Assembly: GCA_043228905.1 (NCBI GenBank)
Contig: JBHGNT010000002.1
Coordinates: 19,096,001-19,160,000, forward strand
DNA: 64,000 nt
Direction of reading: 5' to 3'
DNA from: Azolla caroliniana
Lineage: Eukaryota > Plantae > Polypodiophyta
This document shows positions 24,401 through 37,900 of this stretch, one piece after another. Made by a program: the position numbers and the translations under genes. Under the pieces are notes generated by a model. The model worked only from the letters and a program-made list of their open reading frames with translations. It did no database searches and was not told the origin of the DNA. Each line of letters begins with the position of its first letter. Position 1 is the stretch's first letter.

Positions 24401-27060
24401 CTAGGCTATTTCATCTCCTTGGAAGGCATCTCTATGGATCCTGCTAAGGTCAAAATTGTGGTAGAGTGGCAAACTTCCTGTTCGTTGTGAGATGTGCAAT
24501 GTTTTTTAGGCTTCGCAACTTTCTACCGCAAGTTTATACAGGACTACTCAAAGCTTATTTTGCCTCTCACACAACTTACTAGGAAGGGGAAATCGTTTGT
24601 TTGGTCTAAGGAAGCGGACACGACTTTTGAAAATCTTAAGAAAGAATTTACATTAGCTCCTATTCTAGATCATGTTGATCCGAACAAATCGTTCATCATG
24701 GAGGCAGACGCGTCAGATTTCGCCCTTGGTAGCATTCTGTCACAACAAGGCGATGATGAAAAACTACATCCTGTGGCTTTCCACTCTCGCAAGTTTGACG
24801 CCACCGAAATCAACTACGAGATACATGACAAGGAGCTATTAGCAATAGTGGATTCTTTTGCACAATGGAGGCATTTTTTAGAGGGATTTTCTCATCAAGT
24901 CACCGTATTTAGTGATAAAAAAAACATTGGCTATTTCCAGAATGCTCGTGTATTAAATTGACGAAAAGCTCGGTGGGCCCAATTCCTCACTCGTTTCAAC
25001 TTCAAAATTACATATCGTCTTGGGAAGCAGCAAGGGAAGGCAGATGCCTTATCGCGACATTCGTATCTAGCACCTTGTCCCGGTGATCCAGCATTCGAGA
25101 ATCAAAAGGAAGTCATCCTAGGACCAACACGACTACAAGCAACGTGGGTTTTTGACACTCCATTGGATTCCCACATTATCGAGACCATACATGAAGACTT
25201 GAAGACAAACGCTTTCGCTCGAGCCATTCTGGCACAAATTGATCCCTCGTGAGCAACCTGTTCACAGTTGCAACAACCAGGTATGGACTATCAACAATTC
25301 GAATGTCATGAAGGACTATTCTTTAAAAAAGTCTTGTATGTTCCCAATGGTTCTTGTCGCCTTCGAGTAGTAAACAATTGTCATGACACATATATAGCTG
25401 GACATTTTAGTAGTACTAAAACATTAGATTTAGTACAACGGTCATTTTGGTGGCCTCATATGTGACGATTGGTCGAGGACTATGTTAACATGTTGCAGAG
25501 CAAAGATGCCAAGACATCATCCATATGGTTTAATGGAACCATTACCAATTCCAAGCAAGTCGTGGCAGTCCATTTCTCTAGATTTTATCACAGCTCTTCC
25601 AGTTTCAAAGGGATTCGATGTGATCTTAACAATAGTGGATCAATATACTAAGATGGCACATTTCCTACCTTGTACTAAGGCTATCACTAGTGAAGAAACC
25701 ACCAAAATTGTCATGCGTGAGGTATTTTGGCATCATGGCCTCCCGGATAGTATCATCAACGACTGTGGACCTCAATTCGTCTCGAAATTCTGGAATCATC
25801 TCTTCAAAATGCTCAAGGTCACTTGTAACCTCTCCTCCGGCTATCACCCTCAATTAGACGGCCAAGGTGTTTTCTAAGCTATCAACAAGATGATTGGGCG
25901 GATATTCTCCACTTTGCCGAATTTGCTTATAATAAATTTATCCACTCATCGACTTGGGTTACACCATTTTATGCTTATACAGGCTATCCTCCTCGATGGT
26001 GTACGTTCGAAACTCCGGAGTTACCCACAAATCCTCATGTAGAGGATCATTTGGAGCGGCTACGCAAGATACAGGCAAGACCTATCTACCCATTTACATC
26101 AAGCTCAACAAACGCAAAAGGCTTATGCGGATCGTCATCGGCTTCCATCCTGTTTTGGCATTGGAAATTGGGTATGGCTATTACGACAACACATACAAGA
26201 CCACTCGACCATGCGATAAATTAGATTGTCGATGATTAGGTCCTTTCCGTATTATCGGAAAAATTAATGATGTCACTTCTCGTCTTGATCTGCTTGACAA
26301 CTATGGTTACATACAATTTTTCATAGTTCTCTTCTCGAACCCAATCAAGATAACACTAGTTTGAATCGTATTACACCACCTCCACCCCCAATCGAGCTTG
26401 AAGCACGACCATAATTCCAAGTTGCTGACATCCTCGATTCCAAGATTGTTCGCAACAAGCTCTATTGTTTGGTCGATTGGCTAGGCTATAGTCCAAGTGA
26501 GCGTACTTGGGAACCAGTTGAGGATGTCACAAATGCTCGAGCTCTTATTCAGGACTTCCATTGACAATATCTCGACAAACCGGGTCCTCGTCACACTCAT
26601 TGTCTTAAGGGGGGAAGGGGGGAGGTAGTGTCATGATATGGCATGGTATGGCTCCGAAGGGATTCAAACCCATGATCTTGTGCTACATGGGTTGAACCCT
26701 TGCCATTAAACCATAAACTGTAATACGAAAAATATTAGTTTCATTTATTATTTCTATAGGAAATTCATGTATATTCTAGATTACTCTGGAACATTCTAGA
26801 AACTTCAAGAGTAATCTTGAGAACACTATAAATAGAGTCATAAGGAATTATTCCGAACCAATTCGGTTTAACACCAGTCTTAAGCCTCCTAGTTTCTTTT
26901 GTATCGTTCTTCATATAATATAATATACTTCTTGTTGTCATCATTATATCTCTCTACTCTCTCTCTCTCTCTCCCTCTCTCTCCCTTCTTTGGACTAATC
27001 CTCATTCTTCTCCTCTATCTTTAGTACTAATTCTCCTTGACTCTAGTACTATCCCTGACA
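21464..27060 (+). mobile_element. Full-length decayed Ty3/gypsy chromovirus D (Tcn1-like)
   Basis: LTRs at 21464-21910 and 26629-27060, TSD ATGAG/ATGGG, G-rich PPT at about 26607-26625. Domains gag-PR-RT-RH-INT plus a chromodomain at about 26400-26580. Confidence 0.95.
22040..26580 (+). pseudogene. gag-pol-chromodomain of element D (many stops and frameshifts)
   Basis: PMKFDGT gag, CLYYGGPGHIAINCP knuckle, ALLDSRA protease, [25 protein letters not shown] RNase H, ISLDFIT integrase, VDWLGYSPSERTWEP chromodomain. Confidence 0.95.
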
Positions 27061-27950
27061 ATGGGGAGCGGGGTCGAAGGAGATTTGGCCGATTGCATGT
27101 TGAAGCATTATTCGAAGACACATAAAATGTAGTCGGCTTGCGACAAAAATAGTTGTCGTTGATTCTAGAGCCGGCTAATTTTCATGCCCAAAATGTGTCT
27201 TGCCGGACCGAGGTCCTTCATTGAAAACTTCAACTGTAGTTTCCGAACAAGATCGGCAAGCTCTCTAGCATGCAAGCCGGAGAGTAACATGTTGTCTAGG
27301 TAGAGAATGAGGAAGGTGGGAGAAGAGTGGCATATATGCGCCCCTGTTTTTGGCCTTTATGGTCGAAAGTACGACTGGCGGCTGCTTCTTGCTACTCCAG
27401 GAGATGGCTCCACTTTTGAGAGGTAAGTGGACGACATGTTTTGTCGGCCTCTCTTCGTTTGCGAGCAATGAGTCGGCCCTCTTTCTCAATGAAGCAACCT
27501 GCATGCCTTGCTCAACAATTTGGCCAACTGAGACCAAATTCTTCGTGATGGTTGGTACATGCAAGACATTTCTAAAGTATGTTTGGTTGCCTTCTTTGCC
27601 GAATAGGACATTGCCAATGTGTCGAACCAGATGAGTAGTGTCGTCTCCAATCTAAACATAGTAGGGTCGATCCAACTCTCGTATTTCCCGAAACCATTCT
27701 TGATGGGACGTCATATGTTTTGCGGCGCCGAAGTTGACAAACCATACTTCTTCTAGATGTGAAGTATGAGTCGGAGTAGAGTCTAACATAGAATTTTCTC
27801 TATGTCTCAGCACGAACATTCCACCATGGTCGTCATAGTCGGAGTTGGTGGCGCAATTGGTGAGGTGTCAGCTTGTGGAAGTCGACTCACATTTCTTCTT
27901 TCCGCACTCTTCTTCGTGGTTGTAATAACCAAGATCATTAATCCTCAAAT
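27061..27950 (-). mobile_element. Ty1/copia fragments (continuation of E, with large internal deletions)
   Basis: RT piece DLGPARHILGM, RNase H piece GAISWSSKKQ joined directly to HVPTITKNLVSVGQ, and a decayed protease motif upstream. Confidence 0.75.
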
Positions 27951-29567
27951 AAAGACATAAAGGACACAAGCATACTAAAAATACGGGTTACCACCCATTC
28001 GCTCCCACGTCGGAGTCGATAGTGCAGACGAGAAATGCCGATTTGTCCCATACCAGCCAGGATCTCCACATCAGGACCTTGGTAGATGAATAATCCTCAT
28101 TGGAGAGAGCTTCATCGGAACCACTCATGGGGCCTCCCCCATGTCCAAGGAGAGTCTCGGCTATTTATAGGACCTAGGCCATGTAATGAACTCTTCTTGA
28201 CCAATCATATGCGGGGTACCCAATGACACATATTAGGTCAGTCCAATAAATCTGATGACTAAGATATTGCAGTATGATAGCCCCCAAATAAGCACATCTA
28301 AACAAATAAACATTACATACTCCCCCTCTCCGTTTAATTGCACTCTTGCAATGGGAAGTTAGGAAAATGTTTGCGTAATGTCTCTTCAGTTTCCCATATG
28401 TTGTTTTCTTCCAATCTATCTATTATAAGGTGGGGGATGGAGCCAAGAACGTCTCCACCACCCTCCCAAGGGGGTTACGGGTGAGAGAGAGAGAGAGAGA
28501 AAAGGAGAGAGAAATTGAGAATGACCTAGAAATGAGACCGATGGAATTTTTTTATATTCCATTACATGCCCTATAGGGAGTTTATATAGTACATAATATA
28601 ACGGTTACATAATGTGACTGTTACAAAAAGACCGTTATATTTTTGTACACATGCACATATTTATCCTCACTTACACTTGTATATATTACACATATACCAC
28701 ACAACCCCTTTATCATGTTTGACCCTTACACTGCCATGTACACTCCTATGGGTACATGGCATGCCTGTGGGACAGTGCATCGCACGATGAACCCACTTGA
28801 CATGGCAACTCTTATTGACTGGAAATCCATCGGTTGTCTTATCGGTGAGAAATCCCTCAACCGGATCACAACTCTACGATCGATAACTTCAATCGGAGCT
28901 TGCTAAACCCAAACCTTCTCATTTGGTCAACACATCTCTTGATTGGATCACACACCCATTAGCTCGTCCACTGCAGCATGGGTCGTGAACTTTGGTTTCG
29001 TCATGTGAGTTGAGTTTTATGTTGTGTACCGTTGGTCTTTGAAAATTTCATTTTCTTACCCTCAACTTTTTGAAATTCCATTTAATGCCCTCGACTTATT
29101 GTGATTTTCCTTTCTTCCCCTCTTCTCTTTCTTCTTTCTCTCGTTTGTTTGTGCTTCTTTTTCTTCTTCCTCCTCTTTCTTCTTCTTCTTTCTTCATTTC
29201 CTTCACATGTTGATCTGTGACAGCTTCAGCTTTCCCTCGTCTGATACCTTTCCCCGTTCTCTCCTCTCTATTGTTGCTCTTCCTTCTTCTTTTGTTTGTG
29301 ATGGACTCTTCCTTACTTGTCGATCTTCAGCTGATGCCTTTCCCTATTCTCTCCTCTCTGCATCTGCTTGATAGATAGTGAGAAATGCCAAAAAGGTTAT
29401 TTCTCACTATTTATGAATAGGTATATAACTTAATAGAAAATGAAGATTTACTATGTCCCACCAAATTTTTTGTGTCTTCTTCTTTTCTGGGCTCTTCTAT
29501 GTGTGTTGTTCACCATGTGTTTGCAGGAAATTCAACAACTCGTTCACTTCCTTTGCTCGTCTAACAG

Positions 29568-29579
29568 TGGTATCAGAGC
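29568..29579 (+). promoter_or_regulatory. tRNA-iMet PBS after an LTR end (..TAACA at 29566) of an otherwise interrupted element
   Basis: CTAACAG-TGGTATCAGAGC; element F's LTR begins 2 nt later. Confidence 0.8.
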
Positions 29580-29829
29580 GTTGTCGCGATGTTTTGCACG
29601 CGTGTGTTACTTGGGCGGGACCATAGGGGTCTTGGACTAGGGAGTACTGAAGGGATAGAAAAGACCCGAAGTTTGCTTTACGACAATACTACTTCCCAAC
29701 CCCTTCCCGAGCAAGGGCTCGTTGCCCTTTTGTGAGGTCGATGGCTTTTGTTGATCACGACTTCTCAAGTTTTCGAGATCACTGCACGAGCCAAGTGATC
29801 AAACGGGTACAAGCAAAGATGAGCATGCA

Positions 29830-30475
29830 AGATGAACGCACAAGGGGACAATAACACAAACACGAATGCCTGTACATCTTTATGAGGAGGAGAGCTGCAT
29901 GGGCACTCCCGAACGCTCCCTTGTCACAAGATGTTGAACGTACAAGGAAGACACAAAACACATGCATAAATGCTCGTACGCCTTTATGAGGAGGAGAGAT
30001 GCATGGGCAAGCCCGAACGCTCCCTCGTCATAAGACGACCGAACGTACAAGGAAGACACAAACACACACACAAAATGCTCATATGCCTTTATGAGGAGGA
30101 GAGGTGCATGGGCATGCCCGAAATGCTCTCTCATCACAAGACGACCGAACGTACAAGGAAGACACAAACACACACACAAAATGCTCGTATGCCTTTATGA
30201 GGAGGAGAGGTGCATGGGCACGCCCGAAATGCTCTCTCATCACAAGACGGCTGAACGTACAAGGAAGACACAAACACACGCACAAAATGTTTGTATGCCT
30301 TTATGAGGAGGAGAGGTGCATGGGCACGCCCGAAACGCTCCCTCGTCACAAGACGACCGAATGTACAAGGAAGACACAAACACACACACAAATGCTCATA
30401 TGCCTTTATGAGGAGGAGAGGTGCATGGGCATGCCCGAAACGCTCCCTCATCACAAGATGGCCGAACGTACAAGT
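29830..30475. repeat. Tandem array, 6 units of 104-106 bp
   Basis: TATGAGGAGG recurs at 29881, 29985, 30090, 30196, 30302 and 30407. Confidence 0.97.
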
Positions 30476-30659
30476 GGACGAGAACAAAGAAAGAAAGAAA
30501 GAAAGAAAAACACGAATGATATTGGCGAAAGAAATAAATGTGTTCAATTCCAACGCAAGAGGGCCCTTTATAAAATAGGGCTTAATTACAGTGTGGCAAC
30601 TTCTAGTTAACCACAAGCTCAACAAAACATAAATACTAAATGCCCTTAGAGACAAGAGC

Positions 30660-31111
30660 TCTCAGGAATAGTACTAAAATAGAGAGAGAATTAGTACTGG
30701 AGAAGGGAAGTACTATTAGTACTAAGAGGACGGAACTGCGTAAGACTCCCGAGAGAGAGGAAAGAGAAGAGGAGAGAGAGAGAGAGAGAGATAGCGAGCA
30801 AGAGAGAGAGAGAGATGATGATAATAGATGATATATTATATGAAGAGTAAGTACAAGATGGCTATGAGGCTTAAGACTGGCGTTGAACCAATTTGGTTCA
30901 TCCTAATGCCTTGTGCCTCCTTTTATAGTGTTCTCAGAAGGAGTCCTGAAGCTTCGAGAATGTTCCAAAGAAATCTGGAATATACATTAATTTCATATAA
31001 TAAAATTTAAATGAAAATAATATTTTATGTATTACAATAGATGGTATAATGGTTAAGAGCTCGACCCATATAACATAAGGTCATGGGTTCGAGTTTTGCC
31101 ATATCATCGCA
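30660..31111 (-). mobile_element. Solo LTR related to chromovirus D
   Basis: Reverse-complement similarity to 21464-21910 along its length; TSD AGAGC/AGAAC. Confidence 0.88.
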
Positions 31112-33433
31112 AGAACAAATCTGAACACGGACCATGAACACAACGAAGACGAACACACGAGCACCACAAAAATACCGACCCCAATGAACCACAATCACCC
31201 GAACGGGGAGCACACAGGCTTACAACGTCGAACCAACGAAGCTCGGGCTCACAAGCACCATAAACGAACTTGAAGACCGGACTTGAATCGTGCACCTTTA
31301 GCTAGGAGTCAATGTGACTATCCACTAGTCCATTAACTCTCCCTTCTATAATATATAAGTCTATACCTATAAAGTTATAGTTTCTCCTCTCTACTTTTCA
31401 TCTCTCCTCTCTCTTACTTTTTTCACAAGTTCCTATACCTCCTTTCCACCCTTCCTTTTTCCTTTTCTTTTCCATGTGCACAATTAATTTACTTTGTGTG
31501 CACACACATTCCACATGCACATTTTGACCCCCTTTCGCCGGTTTTTCCCACAATCAAGCACGCTAGATCACGACATCCACCCCCACCAAACCGCACATCC
31601 TCTAGTATGTGCCAAGAATTGCTGGCTGAGGGTGGTCAATAGTCCATTTCTTCCTCATTGACCATGCGGCTTGTTGTTTGCTCGTCTTTATCTTCGTCAA
31701 GGTCATTGAGGTTTGGCTCCCTGTCGTGTCGTTTTTTGAAGATTTTGACCCGCTTCCATGCTATTGGTACCGCCAACTTAGTCCCATCGAGTTCAGCGAG
31801 GTGGTAGGTGGCATTATCGTTTGCACTCGTTACCACATACGGCCCGAACCATCGTTTTGTGAATTTTTGCATCGAACTATGTTGATTTTCGAGACTGCTA
31901 TCATACACAATCACCCAATCTCCTTCTTCAATCTTCTAAGGGCGTAGTTGGTGTGGTGTGTCTTGTCGAACCGGGCTTTGTTACTTATCCTAGCCATTTC
32001 TAACCTCTCCTTTGCCAACGCCAAGTCATCTCTCAAGTTGCCTTATCCTCGTTGCTAGAAGCTCTTCTCAACTCATCTCGTTTTCCCACGGCATCGCTAC
32101 CCATGACGCGATTGTGTCTTCAATGGGCATCACCGGCTATTGTCCGTACATGAGTTCAGCTGGCATAAAACCTGTAATTGAGCTATGGGTTATTTTGTCG
32201 GCCCACAAGGCATAAGGTAGTAACCGAGGCTAGTTCCCGACTCGCCCATCACAAGCTCTTACAATGGCTTTTACAATAGGCCCGTGTCCGCATCCTATCT
32301 TTCCATTAACCTCCGGGTTATAAGCGGTCGTGAGAGAGAGCTTCACTCCAAGTCATTCAAAGGGCTCTTTAGCTTTGTGAGAGTTCAACTCTCCTCTGTC
32401 GGCCACTATCTTTCCCAAACATCTGTATCGGTAGATGACATCCTCAAGTAAGAATTTACACACCCTAGCCTCCGTTTTGTTTGCTAAGGCTCGCCCTTCT
32501 ACCTAGCTTGTTAGGTCTTCTCTTGCTAGCACCAAATATTTCATTTGGCCCACTCCCATCGGCATTGAACCCAAATCCACCATCCATTTGAAGTGTATGG
32601 TGAGTGGGTAAATCGGGTGCAACTCGTCCTTATGGTGTATGTTTGAGTGTATCTGGCAGCTTTCACACGTCCCCACGAAATGGGCGATATCCTTGTACAC
32701 GTTCCTCTATGGCCCGCCCAAGGACTCTCGTGGAACTCAGACACCAGTGTTGTCTGGTCCTCTTCCTTTATGACGACTCGTTGTGGCATACCCGTCCTTC
32801 TCTTTGGGTGCCTCCAGAGGAATCCCCCTCGTAGGAAGTACTTGTATGCTTTCTTTCAGACTCTCTGTGCTTCCTCCTTCAACCATGAACTATCCATTGC
32901 CATTGAGCTTAAGAACTTGCCAATGTGTAGCCACTCCCCTTTGTAGTCACTTTCGTTGAAGGCGTGGAGTACTCGCACATCTCGATCATCTATAAATGCT
33001 CGGGCCGTCTTAAAGAAATCAACAACGACATCCTCATCTTCAGAAACCATGTCGCTTTCACCCTCGAATCTTACCCTCGATAGCATATCTGCCATGGCAT
33101 TGTTCTTCCCTGAAATGTGATGAATCTTCGGGTTCATTGAGTTGATGTAAGCAATCCATCTTACCATAGCTAAGTTAGGTGCTGCACATCCCGAAACCAT
33201 CCCTAGGATTGGAAGGCAATCGGTCTCTATTACCACCTCTGACCTGATTAGGTAATATTTATCCTCCTTCACTACAGACACGATACCCCAAAGCTCACGT
33301 TTTACTTGGCCGTATCCTCGTTGTCGCTCTCTTAAGACCTTGGCTCCGAACCAGATGGCGTAGTGTGTACCATCCTCTCCTTCTTGGTTGATGACCCATC
33401 TGATCCTTGTTGGACTCATATCTACCGTCACGT

Positions 33434-34100
33434 TATCGTGAAGATTCACGACCATAGTGAGAAAACCGGAGAAGTTAGTGGCATCGGAAAAGTGCATCAT
33501 GTGCACTTACCCTTGTATAAAACGTGTGAATAATAGGGGCGCCTTTATGGTGCCAAATAGGAGTTAAGTTGGGACAAAGAATCCCATGTAATAAGGGATT
33601 TATCCCACATTGTAACGTCCCTCCCTCCTTGGTCTATAAAAGGAAGGGAGGATCCCTTGTAAAAAGGGTTGCCCATTTTGAGTTAGGAGGGTATACCATT
33701 AGGTCCAAGGTATAATAGTCTTTCTTCCCTTTACTTTCTTATTTTTTGTTAGGGTTTCTTGGAGGTCTTCTCCTTCTTTTTTACGAGGGTTTCTTCATTT
33801 CATACCCACTTGGGGTTCAGTCTGGTTGAGAGCTCGCATGTACTAGCGGTTTCATTTCTGCTCCTTCTCTTATGCAAGACCCCACTCAGCCCGATGAGCT
33901 CGAGAGCTCCCCGACCGAAGGCTTGGTGGGAGACGGCTGTTGTAACCTAATCTATCTTAGTCCGGCTCGAAGTCGATGTTCTACTCATTGTCTTGTAAAT
34001 ACCCATACATTAGGTTGTGCATATCTGTGTCTCTGTTTGTGTTGGGTGTGTTTCATCTTTCCGTTTCCTGTACATAAGAGACATTGTGATGTTTTCGACA
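33434..34100 (+). mobile_element. LTR related to element H LTRs (solo or orphan)
   Basis: Starts T(A)TCGTGAAGATTC and ends TTCGACA. The first ~270 bp match 35499-35770. No clear TSD. Confidence 0.7.
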
Positions 34101-34105
34101 CATAG

Positions 34106-34877
34106 TGCGAAACCACCCTCAAAAGAGAATAAAGTAGTGGTCCAAATAAACTAATATTGCAAAGTCAACATTTGTAATAAATGATTAAAAGATAGTAAGG
34201 TAGAAGCAGTTTTTCAAAAGTAGATAAAAATAGAAAAAGTAAGAGAAAAAGAAAAAGAAAACGTAAGGCGTGGAATTGAGGAGCAAGGTAGAGACAAAAG
34301 CTCATAATTTCCTCACCCGATGTCCAAATTAGACAAGAAAAGATCCAAAAATAAAATAATAATAGAAATAAAACACGACTTATATAGACAAGCTTTTGTT
34401 TAGGAGAAAAATAAAGCAAGTCATAGAAACCCTATAAATAAGAGTTATTCTTAAGAAGAAGAGGGGGAGATGGATAGGGATTTGAAGAAGAAAAGATTTA
34501 TGTTTCCTTTCTCATACTCTTAACCCTAAAGGGGGATATAAAAAAATCATGTATCAAAATAAGTCCATTATATGGATGATTTAGTAATAAAAACTCTCTA
34601 TGTTTCCTCTCTCATACTCTCTTAATTTAAGTTTTGCTTACGTGTAGATATAATTTAGTGCTATTCATAAGCTCTCACTCATAAGAACAATTAATCATTA
34701 TTCGATCTTGCATACTCTCTTACTCGAAGATTTGTTTATGTATTAATATAATTAAGTATTATTCAATTTCTCATACTCTCTTGATCTTATTTGAGGGAAA
34801 TATCTCGTCTTAAAACTTAAAGTGCATAAATCATTCAGTCCTAAACCCTTTTGGTCTAGAACCCCGACGGTTTCGCC
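34106..34877. mobile_element. Probable solo LTR or other inserted AT-rich element
   Basis: Inverted termini TGCGAAACC / GGTTTCGC and an internal CTATAAATA. Confidence 0.4.
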
Positions 34878-34979
34878 TCATGATCCACACTAGCTAGCGG
34901 CTTTGCACGACAATGTGTGTTGAGTCAACGTTGCGTGCACGTTCTACACACACACACTCTCTCTCTCTCCCTCTCTTAT

Positions 34980-37900
34980 GTTCGGTAGCCTCCGGCACGC
35001 GACCAGAATCGCTCTGGTTTGCGTTGCAGCCAGTGGTCGAAAGAGTCAGCCATTTCAACGGGGACAAAGTCCCATTCTTCTTGGAAGCCTACAACGCAGA
35101 AATGGAGGTGCGAGGCGTAGACGAGGCGTTGAGACTGGAGTTCTTCTGTAAGGTCGTCATCGTCTAGATGCACGTGGAAGTGAAGGAGCTCTGAGAAGCT
35201 CATAGTTCATGGGAGGCCTTCAAAGAGGCACTCCTGCAGGCATACAGAGGACAGCCAAAGAGCTGGGGACGACACGACTTCGACTAGTGGGTTGCATCGG
35301 CAAAGACCCACCGGGGCGCAACGAAGGCGTTCTGAGAGTTCGAGCGGTGGCTTGCTCGGCTCTCAGAGCAGGAACAAAGTATGGTGGGAGAGAGGTCATG
35401 AGAATTGAGCTCAAAGACGACGACGGAGCGAATGGCCTTATTGACGACTAGTCCGAAGTCGAACGAGTATGCCAATGGTTGGATGAGGAGCGGTCCGCTG
35501 TCGTGAAGATTCCAGGCCATGGTGAGAAACCGGGGGATATTGGAAGCATCGACAAAGTGCATCATGTGCACTTACTCTTGTATAAACGTGTGAATAATAG
35601 GGGTGCCTTTATGGCGCCGAGTAGGAGTTAAGTCAGGACAGAGAATCCCATGTAAATTGGGATTTATCTCACATTGTTACACACCTCCCTCCTTGTGCTA
35701 TAAAAGGAAGGGAGGGTCCCTTGTAAAAGGGTTGCCCGTTTTGAGCTAGGAGGGTATACCGTTAGATTTAGGGATTGGTACTTGGTCTTCATCTTTCTCT
35801 TATTCCCTTAGGGTTTGTAGTTTGGTCTTTTCACCCTATTTCGTTTAGGGTTTCATTTTGAGTCTTCTTCTTCGTTGTCTGGTGGGTTTGGTTCACTCTT
35901 TCGAGTGGAGGTTAGTATTCTGTTTAGGTCCTTCTTCGTGTGAGAGTTTGGTTTGTTTGGGGGCTCCGACAACAACGGCTTTAGGCATTCCGGTGGTAGC
36001 ACTTGGTGATTCGGCTTCCTCTCCTCGATGGACAATGTTTTGTGTGGCGGCCGGTTCGAGAAGGGAGGGCGAAGTGGCACGGGAACACTCCACCGTCTTC
36101 GGGGCGTGACCAACGGTGGACGTCGCGGTCTCGGCGGCCCACTTGACTACTCGCCATCGCCGGTTCCCACTCTTAACTTGTTGTATTGGCCTATGGATAT
36201 GTAATAGCCACCAGATTCGGGGCATGTAACTGTCTTGTTGTAAAACTCTTGTAATATATATTCATGTTAGTGTGTATCTATCTTCCTTGTAACATATTTG
36301 AGTTGGGTCCATATTCGCGGTGAACCATCTTTTGTGAAACCCTACATTCGTTGGAGCTGGAAGCCGATTCCGGACCGAAGCCTACAAAGCTTAAGGACTC
36401 CACCATCCGTCTCCCTAGTCCAAGCCCCCACGGTCCTGCCTAAGATCCTACACGTACTTGCGGAATACCGCGACATCTTTGGTGAACCCGACGTGAAAGG
36501 TGGCAAGGGAGAATGGAGTTGGATGAAGAAGGCTTCGTGGGGAAGGCAATGTCGAAGGCGATGATGAACATACACGGAAGAAGGGTGGACAACAAATGGT
36601 TTGGAAGCCGTTGAGAGTGCGGTCGAAGAAGTCAACCATTGGAGTGGGGATGGGGTCCCAAAATTTTTAAAGCCCACGATGCTCAGATTGAGAGGCAAAT
36701 AGAGGTCGAGAAGGAAGGCGCCTTCTCGACAGCGACGTGGGAGAGAGTGCGGAGCTAGCGACCCTCTCCTCTAGTGAAAAGGGGACGGCCATGGATGAGA
36801 CCGGTGACTACGGAATGGGAAGAACCACTTCGAGAGTGGGTGGAGGATTCGGGGCACGGTTGCCTGAAACATCAAGCGGGAAGATAGACAAGCGGGGCCA
36901 AGAGGGCCAAATGGAGTCAGAAGGGACCACGGTGATGAAAGAAAACGAGGCCGACGCGGAGGTTGGAACTACGGCGTAATAGGACGCATGCACTACGGCG
37001 AGAAATGAAGCGTGCATTACGGACGCACGAGGACTTAAGGGCGAGTGTGTATTTGGAGGTCGACATCGACGCATGGGTAGAGCCTACGGAAGGCGAGCGC
37101 GGAACGGAAGGAGTCGACATGAGGTATTTAGGACGAGGAGACTAACAAGCTGGAGATGGAACACACGTGGCATGCGAAGGGCGGAGTCCGGCGTACAACC
37201 GAAGTGATCTGGGGCCTAATCAGAGGGCATACGTGGCAGGAATCGAAGGCAACGAGGACCGATCATATGGGTCACCTCACACCGGGCTAGAGACTTCGGC
37301 GGTCGGCATCGGATCCAACGTAAGAACAAGATACTGATGGTGGCGGCAGGAGAACGGAACCCGGCAATGCAGAGTGATGGGCGGACCCGGATGAGAACCA
37401 GAAGAGCGGACTTCTAGATAACTGATCTGAGAGAGGAGGAACGAAGACCGGTCCTATGGGTCACCTCACACCGGGCTAGAGACTTCGGCGGTCGGCATCG
37501 GATCCGACGTAAGACCAAGATACTGATGGTGGCGGTAGGAGAACGGGTCTTGACAATACAGAGTGACAGACGAGCTTGGATGAGAACCGGGCGAAGCAGA
37601 CTTACGGATAACCGATCCGGAAGGGAGGAAGAGGCAAGCCTACGGGGAGGCTGGAACACGGTACATCGGTACCACAGGAGGGGGTGTGGAGCAAGCCACC
37701 CTCTTGACATGTGGAGAAGGAAGACCCGGGATAGGGTCGGAAAGACGGGAGGCCCAAGGAGGATCCTCCACACCGTGCTAGAGACTTCGGCAGTCGACAA
37801 CAGAGGTGACGTAAGACCAAGAGACTGACAGTGGCGGTGAGGGGACGAGGGCAACGATAGGACGGTCCTATGGGATCCTCACACCGATTCGGAGGCACCG

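Larger units (their letters stand above)
29582..33433 (-). mobile_element. 3' part of Ty3/gypsy element F (relative of B): RNase H-integrase relic, PPT and expanded 3' LTR region 29582-31575
   Basis: ORFs 31636-33433 are homologous to element B pol. PPT GGTGGGGGTGGA is followed by TGTCGTG at 31575. 29582-29645 is the reverse complement of the LTR end at 36410-36475. Confidence 0.8.

Noticed and set aside
29880-30655. Repetitive Cys/His-rich ORFs
   Set aside because: Translations of the 105-bp tandem array in shifting frames.
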